Shown here piece by piece: positions 12,135 to 24,890 of a stretch of DNA of 64,000 nucleotides (position 1 is its first letter; each line of letters begins with the position of its first letter). A model generated the notes under the pieces. It was not told the origin of the DNA and searched no databases. It saw nothing but the letters and a program-made list of their open reading frames with translations. Made by a program: the position numbers and the translations under genes. Where the stretch lies: positions 124,001 to 188,000 of the forward strand of contig MCFH01000012.1 of assembly GCA_002104945.1 (NCBI GenBank), in the 5' to 3' direction. Origin of the DNA: Piromyces finnis finn (lineage: Eukaryota > Fungi > Neocallimastigomycota).

Positions 12135-13364
12135 GTAATTTATTTAAAGATTCTGATATTACCAACGATGAAAATTTAAACTCTTTATTAAATACAGAAA
12201 ATGAAATTGTCGAAGAACAAAAGCAATTAAAAGACAAAGGGAAACAAATCACTTATGACACAGAAGATGAACCACAACCATCAGAGGAAGAAGATCCTCA
12301 AGAGATGTATGAAAGATTAGTATTAAATAACAATGAAATTATCAGTATTAATACTCCTAAAGACCATAATATTTTTAATAATATTGTGAGTCCTAATAAA
12401 GTATTACACACTGAAAACGGAAAAATTTCATTAAAACCTATTTCGAAAAACGATAATATCATAGATAAGAAAAACATCATTTTTAGAGATGAAAACTTAA
12501 CAAATGTAACGAATCATAAAATTGTTACGGTTCGAATAAGATATCATAATTTTAAATAATAGTAATATTTTATTTTTATTTTTTTTTTATTATTTTTTTT
12601 TTATTTTTATTCAATTTTTTTTAGTAATTTTTCTAAAAACTTGCGTACTTTTTGAAACTATCCATCATTTGGAATTTAATGATTTTGGATAGCTAAAATT
12701 TTAAATTAATTCCATTCATAATATATGGATCATTCATTGTAACATATATTAATTAAATCATTAATATATTATGAATCATCTATTAATATTAGAACAGATA
12801 AATTTTTAATTTATATTTAATAAATTTTTAATTTGCTTTACATTTAGTATTTTTAATTTCATATATTAAATAATAGACTTATAGCATATAATAAATTTAT
12901 ATTATCCTATTAATTATGTCCTTTTTTAGACAAAAAGATTAATTTTTATGTAAAGGTATCTTCTGTTATTTGTGTAACAATTACCTTTCTTAGTAATTAA
13001 ATTATAGTTAAAATTCATTTAATATTTTTAATTTAGGAATATTATATAATAAAGTTAATTAATAAAATAAATCTTAATTATTAATAAAATATCATTGATT
13101 ATTTTAATAATAAAATTCAAGTAAACTTTTTCAAAGTATAAGTTATTATACTTAGGTATAGTAATAAAATATAATTACTGACTATAAAGAATATTATAAC
13201 TATATAATAAATTATAAATAATTAATAGAGAAATGTACAAAAATTATAAAGATATAATTTTTATAACTTAAAAATCGAGTTAAACAACATTAAGGAATAT
13301 AAATAGTTGATGGTTGAATTTCTATAATTCTGGCAAATTCAACTATTTAGGTTCATTCCTTAAC

Positions 13365-13869
13365 AAAATTATATATAAAAGGTGTTTTTATATTATTAGT
13401 AAATAAGTTATTAATTTAGTTAATTAAGTTAGTTATTACCTCTCTATACGAGTTAATAACTAAGTAAAGTTTTATAAAAAATAATAAAAGAAATAAAATA
13501 AATATTATAACACTAAAATAATTACAACAAACGTATAAAGATTTTATGAAATAATGTTTACTTAAATAATTATATATTAATTATATCTTTTATTTATTAA
13601 TTATAATTATATACATTATGTATTACTATAAGTATTAATTTACTCTAATACTAACGCTAAAGTATTTAACGTTAGTTTTAACTATACTATTTAACTATAT
13701 TAGTTTATTTTCTTTACCACTTGATTGGGTAAAGCAAATAAACTTCCTATTTAATTAATAACCATTAATATATGGTTATGCATATATCTGAACAATAAAT
13801 GGTGACCAGAATATATGGTTTCAATTGAAATATTTGTGAGCAAACTTATGGCCACAAATATTTCTTACA
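13365..13869 (-). repeat. LTR-like dispersed repeat (family I), inverted homolog of 62511-63005
   Basis: Reverse complement aligns by eye with 62511-63005; terminus TGTAAGAAAT; other end and TSD unresolved. Confidence 0.7.
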
Positions 13870-15693
13870 ATGATGGGTTGACCGATATATTTGTGAATAA
13901 TATAATGTTTTTAATAAATAATAAATTCTATATTATAATGATGAAACAATAAATTTAAAATAAAATAAAATATGTTTTATAATTAACAAATAAATCACTC
14001 AAAACTCGAAAATAAACTCTTAAATCTTTATTATATTTTATAATTTATTTATTATCTATTTATTGTTCTTTTTATTCTCTTATTTATTGTCCCTCCTTTA
14101 TAAAGAAGAATTTTATCTTCCTTTTATACATTTTCATTTATTACATGTATTATTATTTTTAACTATTAAATGTTATTATTACTATTGTTATTATTTATTA
14201 AAATTAAAAGAATAAATTAAAATTATGTCTTAGTATTATAAAATATTATAGAATATTACTTATTTGATTTTCTTATTACTTCAAAATGTTTAAATTTAGA
14301 AAAATTATTATAAATTATCATTGACTATCATTAAATGTATAATACCTTGAATAAAATAATTAAAATTTAAAATTAAAATAATATTAAAATAAAATTAAAA
14401 TAAAATTAAAATAAAAATTTAACAAAATTAAAATATTAAAAGTATCAATTATTATAAACACTCATTTTATACAGAAACATAAAAGAATTCTGTATTTTAT
14501 CTTTGGAATTGTTATTATTGTTCTATTTCCAGGTTTTAAGTTTATCATTTTAGTAATAATTACTCAATTAGTTATTTATTAATTTATAAGTTTAAGAGAA
14601 TTTCTAAAGAACACTTGGATAAACACTAGAATTAATAATTTGATGTATACCATTTTATTTTTAGTTTATTTATTCATTTTTATTTATTTATTATTATTTT
14701 ATTATTTTAGTACATTATTGGATTAAGTTGTTTTATTTTATTTAATAATTTATTTTATTTAATAATTTATTTTATTATTATCACTATTAGGTCGTTTTTA
14801 CTCAGAATTTATTATATAATAAAGATAATATTATTTATTTAAAGAAAGGGTTATATTTTCATAAAATTATTATTCATTCATCTTTAAGGGTTATTATTGT
14901 TTATTTTTATTATAAGTTACTATGGGTTAAGTCGTGTTTATTCAGCTAGTTTTTATCATGTTTTTATGTGAGTAGCGTATCAACAATATAAAAATAAGTT
15001 AATGGTATGTTAGTTAGGTTTTAGAACACGGACATAAATGTCTTTGGTTCAATACATATCTCTTCCATTTTTCTAATAATTAAATTTTAATCTTAAATTC
15101 TATTATATATTATTAGTCTAGAACCTTCTCGAAATTAAATTTTTCTAAAATTCATTATTCCAATCAAAATATTTTATTTTTTTTAATTAATTTCAAAAAA
15201 ATTATAAAAGTGAAAATTATTCCAAAAAATTTGGAATTTTGTGTTTTTATTAACTTAAAAGTTTTTATTAATAAGTAAAAAAAAATATTAATAATCGTAA
15301 CAACGCGAGAGACTCAGGTTAACACAATACTAATTAACTATTTGTATTAATAGTATATTTTATTAATAATTTGATTATTTAATATTATTAATACAAATTA
15401 ACCTTAATACTAATTTTAAAGACTAATTTACATGAATTTTATAAATTATTTATATTTACTATTTATAAATATTCTTATTTAATAATTATGAATAAACATT
15501 ATTCATATTGATTGGTGACTTCAATTATTTAAATAAAAAAGAAGAAATAGAAATAGACAAATATTATGGATTAAATATAGCGATTGCTATATTTAATCCA
15601 TAATATAGAGAACCCGGAGTCGAACACATGACAAGTAGGTCAGCGTCCAACAACCTGACGGCGAAGCCAGCTTGAGAAACCCCGAAATACAAT

Positions 15694-17531
15694 TGTAAGA
15701 ATTAATAATTATTTTTTGTATAAATTAATTCTTATTTAATTATGTTAAGTTTTTGGATTTGGTTATGTGGCCAGGTCAGAATGTTATCAATTATATAGTA
15801 AATATGTTTTTTAAGAAATTAAATTTAAATATAAAATAACCCTTTAAACTTCCAAATGAGAAATTAATATTTATTCTTTAGAATAACTTTTTTATAAAAT
15901 TTTATTTATTTATTAATAATAATATAAATGATAATATATTTAATAACTATATAATTAAGATTATAACTATAATCTTTACAAAGAATTAAAATCGAATTCA
16001 ATTCATTCTATTTTATATTCTTTGTTCAGATTATTAAATTGATAAAAATAAAGTATTACATGTAATATGTTAATAATATAATAAGATTGTTTGTTTGTTT
16101 GTTTGTTTGTTTTGTTTTGTCATGACATAAAATAAAATAAACATATGATTAATCATTTAAACACTTGATCCATTAACCTATTTTATAATAATTAAAATTA
16201 TTTAATTTATAAATGTTAACTGTTACACCTAAATGGTTTAGTTCTATTTTTAGTAACAGTCACTATCATTAATTAAATTAATATAATTAGAATTTCTATT
16301 GATATATTTTTAATTTTCGTCAAGTCATAAGAAATGTCTATGATCCATACTTGATATCATATTAATTTTAATTTACTTATTAAAATCTTCAAATGATCAT
16401 ATCTTCCTTAAATGACCAGTTAGAAGGACCGCGATTGTACCAAAATGTAGCTTTTTCCTTAAGCTTTCTAATAAACCTGGTTTCATAGCCGTAGCACTTA
16501 CAGCCGTAGCGATCGTTTTTGGAGAGTTACACCTTGTTTCGTGTTTGTTTATTTTTGGTTAAGGGTTATAGTGTATTGATATTAAATTTTTTGAAATCAT
16601 AACCCTTTCACTGAACCAAAATTTAAAAGGTAACTTTTAAAGGTGTTTTAAAATAATTATTGGGATTATTTAATTCTAATTATTATGTTTAATTAATTAT
16701 AGATATTATCTGAATTTGTTTTAAATCCAGTTAATATCTTCACAAATTATTTTTTAATTATTAAATTAATTATTTATTTAAACTATTAGCATACATTCAT
16801 TTAAATTACTATAAACATTTATCTATATTGATATTAATTATTCATTTACTTAATTTAAAATTTATTTAATTACTATATTAATTATTTATTTATTTATTTT
16901 AGTAATATATTTAAAATAATAGTAAACATTCATTTATTTTTTAATTAATAATTTTTGTATTACATTTTATAAGAAACATTATATATTTTATTTTACGTTT
17001 GTATTTTATATTTATGTATCGTATCTTGAAATAACTTATAGAAACAATTAGAAAATATAAATACATATTAGGACAATCGGATATTAAGGTTTTTCCGAAT
17101 TTTAATCGGTTTTACTTAATATTACGATGAATGATATATTAGTTATCAATCGAATATCTTTTTAGGTTTTTCTTCTAGTCTTTTCCTAAAAAGATTATTT
17201 GTTAAGATTAGAAATTCTTTATTAAACTTTAAATTATCAAAAAATTATAAATATAAGGACTCTGGAATTCCACTAAAGAATCCAGAGTTATTATTTTAAG
17301 ACAATTATAATAAATAACCCTTTCAAAAACTATATTCATAAAAAATATTTACATTAAAGATAGTCTTAATATTTTGTGTTTGTTATTATAATTCACTTAT
17401 AATAAACTCTTTAAGATAAGTATTCATTTTTATTTACTATTAAGAAACTTCTCAATTTAATAATACATATTACGATTTGTATTATTATATTGTAGATAAT
17501 AATTATTATTAAATATATAATAATTATTACA
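15694..17531. mobile_element. TG...CA-bounded insertion X (probably composite solo LTRs)
   Basis: TGTAAG...TTACA flanked by ACAAT (15689-15693, 17532-17536); internal structure not resolved. Confidence 0.65.
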
Positions 17532-17535
17532 ACAA

Positions 17536-18156
17536 TGATAAATAATAATTATAAATATATTATAAATTTGATATTAGTAGAAAATTTTATTATAAAATAA
17601 TTATTAAATAATTTTATATAGTTTATTATAAAAATATAATTTACATAAAATCAAATATTTTATAAATTTATATATTTGATTGGGTTAAATTATAAAAATA
17701 ATTTTTAATATAAAGAATAATAATAATTTTTAGTAGAAAATGAGAAGACTTAGATTATTAATAATAAGTTAAATTTTAATAATAGTTAATATAATTAATT
17801 AGTGAATACATAATAATATTTAAAAGACAAAAATAAGTTTTTATATAATAAAAATTATTGTTAAAAAGAGCGTAAGAACAATAAATAAAAGAAAATATAA
17901 AAACGAAATTAAACTTGTCTAATTTGTAATTATTGTGTTAATAATAAATAATATTTTATAGAATAAATCTGGTGTTATTATTCTATATAAATATTATTAA
18001 AATAATAAAACTATTAAAACTATAAAATAACTTAAAATAAATTAATAAAACTAGTAGATATTGTTAAAGCTCGTACAATAGCTGTCGAGATAAAACAATA
18101 TAAGATAACAGAAGAAGTAGTTAAAAAGTTATAATATAACTACCAATCCGTTATCA
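17536..18156. mobile_element. Solo LTR Y with TGATA...TATCA termini (C-type), 621 bp
   Basis: TGATAAAT...TTATCA; 4-bp TSD ACAA (17532-17535, 18157-18160); one terminus resembles the element C LTR. Confidence 0.75.
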
Positions 18157-18211
18157 ACAATTTTGGTGAAAAGGTACAAAACCTTTATGCGTTACAATAA
18201 TAAATAAAAAT

Positions 18212-18831
18212 TGTCATGAATATTAGTGGATTCATGATTATTTATTTAATTAGTGTTTTATTCGTTTAATTAATTAGAAATATTTTATTATAAAACATAA
18301 TTAAATAATATTTTAAGAAATATTAATTAATTATAATTATTAAGATTTTATATTTATTAAAGTTTGAATTAATATTTCTTTGTTCATTTGATTAAGAAGG
18401 AAATTAAAACTAAATTATAAAATAATCATTCCTTCTACAAATGATTGATAATATGACTTTTATAATTATTAAATTTAACACGAGTGAAAAGTCATATATA
18501 ATTAATATATAATTAATTTATAGAATAGTTAATTAATATAAATAATTAGTCATGTATTAAATTTAAAATGTATTCCTTAATATTAGAGATAGTATAAATA
18601 CTCGAGAAAATTCCTATCATTAGGAATTTCGAGAGTTCATTACATTTAATATTTACTCTAATTATAATAATAACTAATAAATAAAGACTTTTCTTTAAAT
18701 AAAAATTTATTAATAAATAAAGTTAATAAAATATTATTTATTTAAAAATTTACTAATTCATATATTTAATTAATTGATAAACTTAGGGTAAATATGTACG
18801 TTCCGACCTAACTGAAGTGAAATCTATAACA
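18212..18831. mobile_element. Solo LTR G1 (620 bp)
   Basis: TGTCATG...ATAACA, flanked by AAAAT on both sides; homologous to 58443-59036. Confidence 0.8.
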
Positions 18832-18836
18832 AAAAT

Positions 18837-20056
18837 TGTCAAGAATAGAAGACGATTAAAAAATAAATTAAATATTCAAATAAACAATTTAAAAATCAAA
18901 TTTATATTTCAAAAATTATAAAACACTTTTAAAAATAATTAAAAAGATCACTTGGAAAAATTTAATATTGAAAAGGGTTAAGGATCACAAAAATTTAATT
19001 TTAAATAAATTAACCCTTGAGAAGAAAATGTACTATACGAAACTAGTGATAACTTCTGAATCTCGCGTCCTATTTTCATTTTCTAGAGAATTCAAATTAA
19101 TTTTATTAGAAAGTACTAGTTGAGATCTATATTCTCACAAATTTTCAGCTAATTTAGACCACTAGTTCTTGAGATATAGCTATTTAAAGAATTAATTAGT
19201 TCCAATAAATATATAATAATATATATTAAAATGATTAATATTAATTTATATAATTAAAGTCATTATTCAAATCATCCAACTTTCTATAAATAATTCAATT
19301 TAAAAATTCTCCATTATTATTAAATAAGGTTAGATAATAAATATTCTTGATTACAAACCTAATCAATTATAAAAATTAATTAATAATTTTTCAAATAATT
19401 TTGATTAATAACCTCAATCATAATCAAACCAAAAAAAGCCTTTAGATCAAAAATCATTAGTTATAATTATTAATTAATTAATCATGAGAATATATAATTA
19501 GTATCAATTGTTATTCTCAATTTATAATATTAAATATTTACAATTTAAAATGGTTAAAACAATACTTTTATTTTAAAAGTAATTTAAAAGATTAATCTTA
19601 AGATCTATCATATGAATTCATATTATTAATATCAATATCAATTATTAATATTTTAATTTAAAATTATTTTATTTTTATCTTTATTATTAATATCAATATT
19701 AATATCAATGTAATTTTATTATATGTAAGAAAAAAATATTTAAACAAAGAATTGAAATCAATTTTGAAATTCTTTGTAAGATTATTAATTATTAATTGTT
19801 AATTATAATATAACTTAATAAATATTATCTTAATAAATAAATAATTAATAAACAAATTTCATAATTAAATTATATTAAAATTCTTATTTTAAATATAAAA
19901 ACCTATTTAATTTTTAAATTAGTATTATTTAAATTCTTTAATAAGTTCTGAAGAAAAGATTTAATAATAAATAAGCTTAATATTTTATTAGTAAATTAAG
20001 TTATATTATATAAAACATTCTGACCAAGTTACATACCAATCCTAGCCCACTTTACA
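18837..20056. mobile_element. Solo LTR H1 (1220 bp)
   Basis: TGTCAAG...CTTTACA flanked by AAAAT; right part is the reverse complement of 63365-64000, and homology ends at the TGTAAAG terminus. Confidence 0.72.
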
Positions 20057-21116
20057 AAAATTAAAAAAAAAATAATTTTTTTTGATTACTTATTTTATAT
20101 ACTAGCCTATTGTGTTTAGATTTGCGTTCTATTATAAAATTATTATTATTTATAATCGGACGTTACAACAAATGAAATTTGGAAAAAATATGAAAAAGAT
20201 AGCAACATTACTTATATAGGTGATTATTCATATGACAACTTAATTTCTTCATTTCCAGATTTCAAAGATTATTACAACAAATGTTTAACTAAAGTTAATT
20301 TAAATTACGATCCTAATATTATAAAAATATTCAATAGTTGGCAAAATCAAAATAATATTGAATATTATTGTAAAATAGACTACTTTACTTCAACAATCAA
20401 CTTTCCAGAATTTAAAGATTACTATTTAAACAACTTCAACAATACTAATGACATTATTAATATTAATAATATTATGTAATGTTGAACACTGAAAGAATAG
20501 ATTAGGATATCTATTCTATTACAATAACACAAAAATTTGAAAAAATAAAATAAAAAATTGTTTTATAAAATATCTTTTATTATAATAGAATTTTAATAAT
20601 AACAATTACATCGATAAAATGATGAAAAATATCTTCTATTTATATTTTTCCTAAATACATTTATATTATATTATAACTATTTATTTCTTATATATTATTA
20701 TTTAAAATCTACACTAAAATCTTAATTATTAGTAAATATTTAAACTATAACTATTTTTAGTAAAATACAATTGGCAATTCAAATTAAGTACTATTTAATT
20801 TGAATATGTGCCCATGTATTATTGATATATTAATCATTTATTATTTATCTATTTCTATAAAAAAACAATACTAAAACTAGGGATTTAAATTGAGAATATT
20901 AATTTACTTGTTAAACATTAAAAATAAATTAATAATTTATTTTGTTTTAAACTTTAATTATTAATAAATAAATTATGTCTCATTTTCTTTTTCTGAATAT
21001 AATTTGTGTAACTTAAACAATAATACTTGTGGCTTAAGTTACATTAAAGATATCAAACAGAGGCGTTTGGTATCTTTACAATCTCTCTCTCTAAGTCGAG
21101 CTCCTGCGAGATTAAT

Positions 21117-24100
21117 TTATAAGGAATCTTTTCTCGAAGGAATTTCAATTACAAATGGTTGGTATCTGTGCTTGATTAGATTACCAACTTTATTCTTTCT
21201 AATTTTCATGGAGGAGTCGTTCGACTTATATTTTGACTTTTTAGAGTTTCTTTCAAACTCTTGTATTAATTGTTTATCTGGAATCTGATCTTCAGAAATC
21301 CAAGTGGATTTGTCAAATCCTTTCCATGATAACTTATAAAATGTTTCACCATTAACAGATTTCATCTTTTCAATTTTCTCTGGAATTTTTTCAATTAAAT
21401 CTGTGTTAAGGTGAATGTTCCTCTTCCTACGATTAGACCTGTCGTTAAACTTGTTTTCAAAGTATGGTTCTAACAATGAAACATGAAAGACTGGATGACA
21501 TCTCATTGTCTTTGGAAGTTTCAATTTGAAAGCGAGAGAACTAACTTTTCCAATTATCTCAAATGGGCCAAGCATTTGAGGTGCTAATTTTCTCTTTAGG
21601 TTAGTTCCAGGAGAATCTTTCAATAACCATACCTTCTTTCCCACTTCGAACTCCGGGGGAATCATTCTCTTCATATCGGCATATTTCTTATATGTTTCTT
21701 TTGCTTTTTCTAAGTTTTCTTTTAATAATTTAAAGTTTTCATTCATATCAATTACTCTTTGTTCAGCTCTACTAGGTCTATCATTAGCTGGAATTTCTAA
21801 GCTGAACTTTGGATGAAAACCATAATTAGCAAAGAATGGGGATTGATTTATAGATTGTTGTAAAGTATTATTATATGCAAATTCAGCAAATGGGATAAGA
21901 TCAACCCAGTTATTCTGCTTTTTATTTATAAAACAACGGAAATATTGTTCTAATATGCCGTTCACCCTCTCCGTTTGACCATCTGTCTGCGGATGGTTAG
22001 CAGTTGATAATGAATGATTGATATTAAGAAGGTCACAAAGTCTTGACCAAAAGTCAGAAGTAAATTGCGAGCCTCTATCAGAAATGATGGAATCAGGAAG
22101 ACCATGCAAACGGAAGACATTAGCAATAAAAGCATCAGCAGCAATCGAAGCAGTAGGAAGACAACGTAAAGGAATGGCGTGAGCAAATTTAGTAAATCTA
22201 TCGACAATAACCATGAGAGTTGTCATATCTCTGGACTTAGGAAGATCAACAATAAAATCAATAGAAATATCAGACCAGGGCCTACTGGGAGTGTCCAAAG
22301 GGGATAACAATCCATAAGGCTTATGTCTGGGGACTTTGGATTTGCAACAAGTCACGCAAGATTTGATAAAAGATTTAACGTCTGAATGAAACCTTGGCCA
22401 CCAAAAGTTTCTGGAAATCAGTTCAGTGGTTTTCTTAATACCGAAATGACCAGCAGCAACAGAATCATGATGAAGTTCCAAAACTCTTGTCCTAAGAGAT
22501 TTAGGAACATAAATAAGATTATTATATAGCAAAAATCCTTCATTATCAATAATAACTTTATCAATATTTTTAATAGGTGCATTACATGCAGAACCATTCA
22601 TTTTAAATTGGACAATAGAATTATACAAATCGTCATTTTTAAGTTCTAATAAAATAGAATCGATTAACGGTTTGTTATCGCTATGATGAAACGAAATAGT
22701 AAGACAAGAAACATCAGAATTAATATTATTCTCTAAATGGTCACTTCTACGAGACAGGATATCAGGCTTACCGGATTTCTTTCCAGCTCTATAAATGAGT
22801 TTAAAATCAAATCTGGATAAGAACAAATTCCATCTAATTTATCTCTGAGATAACATTTCAGGTTTTCTAGGAAATGTTAAATTCTTGTGATCAGTATAAA
22901 TTATGAACGGATGGCGTGCACCTTCTAAATAATGACGCCATTCTTCAAGAGCAACTACAATAGCTAAAAGTTCCTTGTCATATATAGGATAGTTTCTTTG
23001 ACAACTCGTCAAACTTTTAGAAAGAAATGCAATAGGATGTAATTTGCCATCAAATTCTTGAGAGAGAATAGCACCGACAGCATAATTACTAGCATCAGTT
23101 TCTACAATAAATTGTTTATTACTATCCGCATGTTTCAGAATAGGAGCTGACGTGAACAGAGATTTTAATAAAATAAAAGCGTCCTGATCTTCTTTCACCC
23201 AGTTAAAAGCAACATTCTTTCTAGTGAGTTTGTGAAGAGGGTTTGCAATTTTAGCAAAGTCTTTAATAAAAATTCTGTAATAGTTGCATAAACCAATAAA
23301 AGACTGAACCTCTTTAACATTCTTGGGAACCGGCCAATCGAGAATTGCTTTAACTTTATTTTCATCCATTTGCAATCCATCCTTTGAAATGACATAACCA
23401 AGAAAAGTGGTTTTCTCAACATCAAACTCACATTTTTCTAATTTAACATAAAGATTATTTTCAAGTAGTTTCTTAAGTACCTTTTTAACATGCTCATGAT
23501 GTTCTTCGATATTATTAGAATAAATAAGAATATCATCAATATATGAGATAACAAAATCGTCTAAATAGTCACTAAGGACATCGTTAATGAAGTGTTGAAA
23601 AGTTGCAGGTGCATTCTTTAATCCAAAAGGCATAACCAGATATTCAAAATGTCCATATCTAGTACGAAAAGCCGTTTTGTATTCGTCACCTTCTTTAATA
23701 CGAACAAGATTATAAGCGGATTTAAGGTCTAATTTAGTAAAAATCTTAGCATTTTTCACCCTATCCAAAAGGTCACTAATTAAAGGTAAAGGATATGAAT
23801 TACGAATGGTAATATCATTCAACTTTCTATAATCGATACAAAGTCTTAGGGAGCCATCCTTCTTTTTAACAAATAAAATTGGGGCACCAGCAGGAGACGA
23901 TGATTTCCTAATAAAACCTTTATTTAAATTATCATCAATATATTTTTTAAGTTCCTCTCTTTCAACTTCAGTTAATGGATACAAAGGTCCATAAAATAAA
24001 GTCGAATCATCTTTAAGTTTGATTTCACAATCATAAGGTCTATGAGGAGGTAACACTTCACAATTTTTTTCATTAAACACTTCACTAAATTCTAAATATT

Positions 24101-24890
24101 GGGTTGGTACGGCGACCAATTTATCTTTATTAATATCTTTTTCATTATCATTATTACTACATGATTCGTTATCATTATTACATGTTTCATTAATTTTTGT
24201 TACAATACATTTAACTTTTTTATTAAAACTAATATATTCATCATCGCTATCATCTTCATCATTGATGGTTCTAACAAGGCGGCCTTTAACATATTCTTTT
24301 TCTTCATTGTTTGGGACAGAGGGATCTACTTTCGGTTTTTTGGTCAAGCTTCGGTCGAGAACATCATGATCTAACTGATCATTCTTTGACTTCTTTCTTG
24401 GTTTTCTCTTTCTTTTGCCTTTATTACAATGTCTGGCACAATAACCAGAACTAAAAGCGATTTTCTTAGAGTCGTAGAAAGCATTTGGATTATGCTTCTT
24501 TATCCACGGCAAACCAAGAATAACATCAACACCGGGGACTTGTAATCCATAAAGTTGAATTACTTCGAAGTGATTTTTGCAACGGAGCATGCACTTCTCA
24601 GTCCTTTCCCAAACACTAACAACTCCATCACTAACACCAGATACACGGAATGGTTCTACTTTTTCCAAATTAATACCAAGGTCTTCAGCAAGACTTGGAT
24701 TAATGAAATTTAATTCAGAACCGGAATCAATTAAAACCTTAATTTTAACTTCCGAAACTTCATTGGTACTCAAGTAAAAATCCACAAGGTTTAAATCACT
24801 TTTCACTCCCTTGACTCCAACTTTGTAAATTTTTGGATTAACAATTTTTGGAGTCCTTTCTTTAACAATTCTTACACTTTTCTGGGCTTT
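21117..24890 (-). pseudogene. pol: Element B pol: protease, RT, RNase H, integrase, degenerate chromodomain
   Basis: LIDSGS, LCIDYRKLN, YIDD, ETDAS, HHCC zinc finger, SDRGSQF..ER, GPF, LSWKGF..STW; one in-frame stop (likely CAA>TAA) at 22839-22841 joins the two listed ORFs. Confidence 0.95.

Larger units (their letters stand above)
9208..12559 (+). pseudogene. rep: Endogenous CRESS-DNA virus-like Rep (HUH endonuclease + SF3 helicase), gemini/genomovirus-like, split by two solo LTRs
   Basis: Motif I FRI...LLLTYA (9433-9474), motif II HYHIHAY (HUH 9619-9627), GRS-like FDVLGNHPNIQ (9676-9708), motif III position CVLK (9748), Walker A GDTNCGKT (10117-10140), Walker B IVFDDI (FDD at 10228-10236), then WFGYQ..FTVTDKYKRKETIRWGKPM|VWFNN..DYIDKNSVQI. 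Segments 9208-10361, 11168-11407 and 12140-12559 join in frame after removing LTRs and one TSD copy each. Stops at 9847, 10039, 11318; frameshift near 10280. Confidence 0.93.
15296..18196 (-). mobile_element. Solo LTR of family F (F2), inverted, interrupted by X and Y
   Basis: 15296-15693 plus 18161-18196 (approx.) match the reverse complement of 56812-57248; TSD ATAAT (15291-15295, 18197-18201). Confidence 0.92.

Noticed and set aside
9036-13300. CRESS origin stem-loop (TAATATTAC-type) or capsid gene next to rep copy 1
   Set aside because: No nonanucleotide in a hairpin and no recognisable capsid frame found by eye, so a complete viral genome is not claimed.
16088-16120. (TTGT)n tract and other poly-T/AAT runs as functional repeats
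   Set aside because: Ordinary microsatellites in very AT-rich DNA.
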